64,000 nt of DNA, taken from Selaginella moellendorffii (Eukaryota > Plantae > Lycopodiophyta). The notes beneath the pieces were generated by a model that was given only the letters and a program-made list of their open reading frames with translations, was not told where the DNA came from and searched no databases. The number at the start of each line of letters is the position of its first letter. The stretch's first letter is position 1. Shown piece after piece: positions 62,489 to 64,000 of the stretch. Both the position numbers and the translations under genes were made by a program. The DNA is taken from NCBI RefSeq assembly GCF_000143415.4, contig NW_003314271.1:124001-188000 (forward strand). Direction: 5' to 3'.

Positions 62489-64000
62489 ACTCCACCACCC
62501 ATAGAAGAAGTTCAATGCCTACATTGAACATCTCTTTTTAATCCTAAAACTTGTTGACCATGTCTTTGTGGGCATCCTCCCACTTAGCGGTGTGCCTAAG
62601 TTAGCCTTCCTGGCCAAGAGCCCATGACAACAGAGTATAAGTGTCCCTATACCCCTCACTTCACCATACCCTAGTATGGGGTTAGGACTTGAACTTAGCC
62701 TTGCTTTACTAGAGGGTTGAGATTCGAACCCAACCTCCGTAAAATACGTTTATAGATTCAACATCCCCATGAGGAGTCGGGTATAGTTCCCCACGCTTGG
62801 TCGACCTAGCTAACCCATGCTAAGTAGCTTACCTTTGGCACACCTTCAGGTCCCAACATACAACATTGATAAATTTCTTGAATAGATTCTTTAATGAATT
62901 TTGCATAAGTACATAGAGTTTTATGTTGCAAAAATTCCTCCATTAAATCCCGCGCGTTCGCTAAGTTCTCATTCAGTTCCCCTGTTGCTTTCCAGTGTGG
63001 AAATCCTTTCCACTTCACATGGAACTCCCTCACCTTGCGCCCTTATTGCTTGTTTTTGTGTGCATTGAGGATGGCCTCGACTTCATATTCCTTTTCCCCT
63101 TGGATAACTTAAGATAAAGGTCTTACTTGGTCCTTATGCAACAGATCCTCAAAGTACGGTTTGAGCATGTTCACATGGAACATAGGGTGCATCTTCCCCA
63201 TCTCCTAAGGAAGTTAAAGGGGGTAAGCCATCTTACTAATTCGAGCCTCAATCTCATAAGGCCCCACAAGCCTGTTTAAGGAACTCAAAATCAATTCATT
63301 TCCAGAAATACATGCATTTTTACTTTATGTCAATTTTCAGCTGACCCCACTTGGTAACCTTAGATTCTTGGTATTCAGCCACACCTTATCCCCAGGGTGG
63401 AATTCCACATCTTGGCACTACCTTTGTTGAGCTTATTCCAAGGAATCCCTCACTAGTGTAAACTTTTGATTTTGGACTTATTGAAAGGTCATCTAGCCCA
63501 ATACTATTCAAACCTAAAGACGCTTAACCCCAAATATCCCAAGACCCTTAACCGATTGGAAAAAGGGGTGCACTCTTGTTTATGGGCTCTTTCCCTTTAT
63601 ATTTGAACCCCATGGATCATCTCTCAAGTCGTTTTTTTTTTGTTGCTTACAATCCACCATGCTTCCCTCTCTAGTGAGCATCCCACACCTCTTGGTTCCT
63701 TAGGAACACTTCTTATGCTAGACCATCGTTCTCATATGCTGTCTGCACATCATTCCAAAAAGTTGTTATTGTGCTAAATATTGTCAACTTCAAGTTTGCT
63801 TTTTGACTTATAGCATCTGCTATAATGTTGCTCTTCCCAGATTTATACAGAATCTTGCAATCGAACTCAGCCAAAGCATTAGCCCACCACCCTTGTTTTC
63901 CTCTTAGGTCAGGCTATGACAAGAAGTGTTTTGTTGCCACATTATCCATGTAAACTTTGAAGTGCCTCCCAAGGTAGTGTTGCCAATCTTTGAGCGCTTT
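62489..64000 (-). mobile_element. Family-A Gypsy pol 3' relic (RNase H end, partial integrase, chromodomain)
   Basis: KVYMDN..WANALAEFDCKILYKSGKSNIIADA; HPMFHVNMLKPY; EYEVEAILN..REFHVKWKGFPHWKATGELNENLANARDLMEEF. Confidence 0.85.

Overview
Compact plant nuclear DNA. The very short introns, PLS-class PPR gene, divergent WOX and lineage-type LTR elements suggest a lycophyte, probably Selaginella (inference). Bases 1-18 kb are gene-dense on the minus strand: a divergent WOX homeobox gene with a decayed tandem copy, MINIYO/RPAP1, a DMR6-like 2OG-Fe(II) dioxygenase and a PLS-E PPR gene. Bases 18-27.5 kb hold gene relics (SBP, RNase H x2, F-box, PPR, tRNA-Arg). Bases 28-64 kb are a nested transposon block: a young non-autonomous copia-derived LTR element, a chromovirus-type Gypsy tandem (family A) and a non-coding LTR partner (family B). 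Inside family B sits the most interesting object, a 12.7-kb Sola-like DNA transposon (44699-57433; 24-bp TIRs, AATT TSD). Besides its DDD transposase it carries a divergent spliced cargo gene with a ParB/Srx-like domain, a degenerate N6A/N4C DNA-methyltransferase-like domain, an acidic/Pro-rich linker and an FCP1-like HAD phosphatase. It also has about 20 copies of a 22-bp palindrome (ATGGCRTGWGGCCWCAYGCCAT), mostly in introns and intergenic DNA. I propose this as a candidate ParB/parS-like self-recognition or anti-silencing system of a eukaryotic transposon. All domain calls are by eye and need HMM or structure confirmation.
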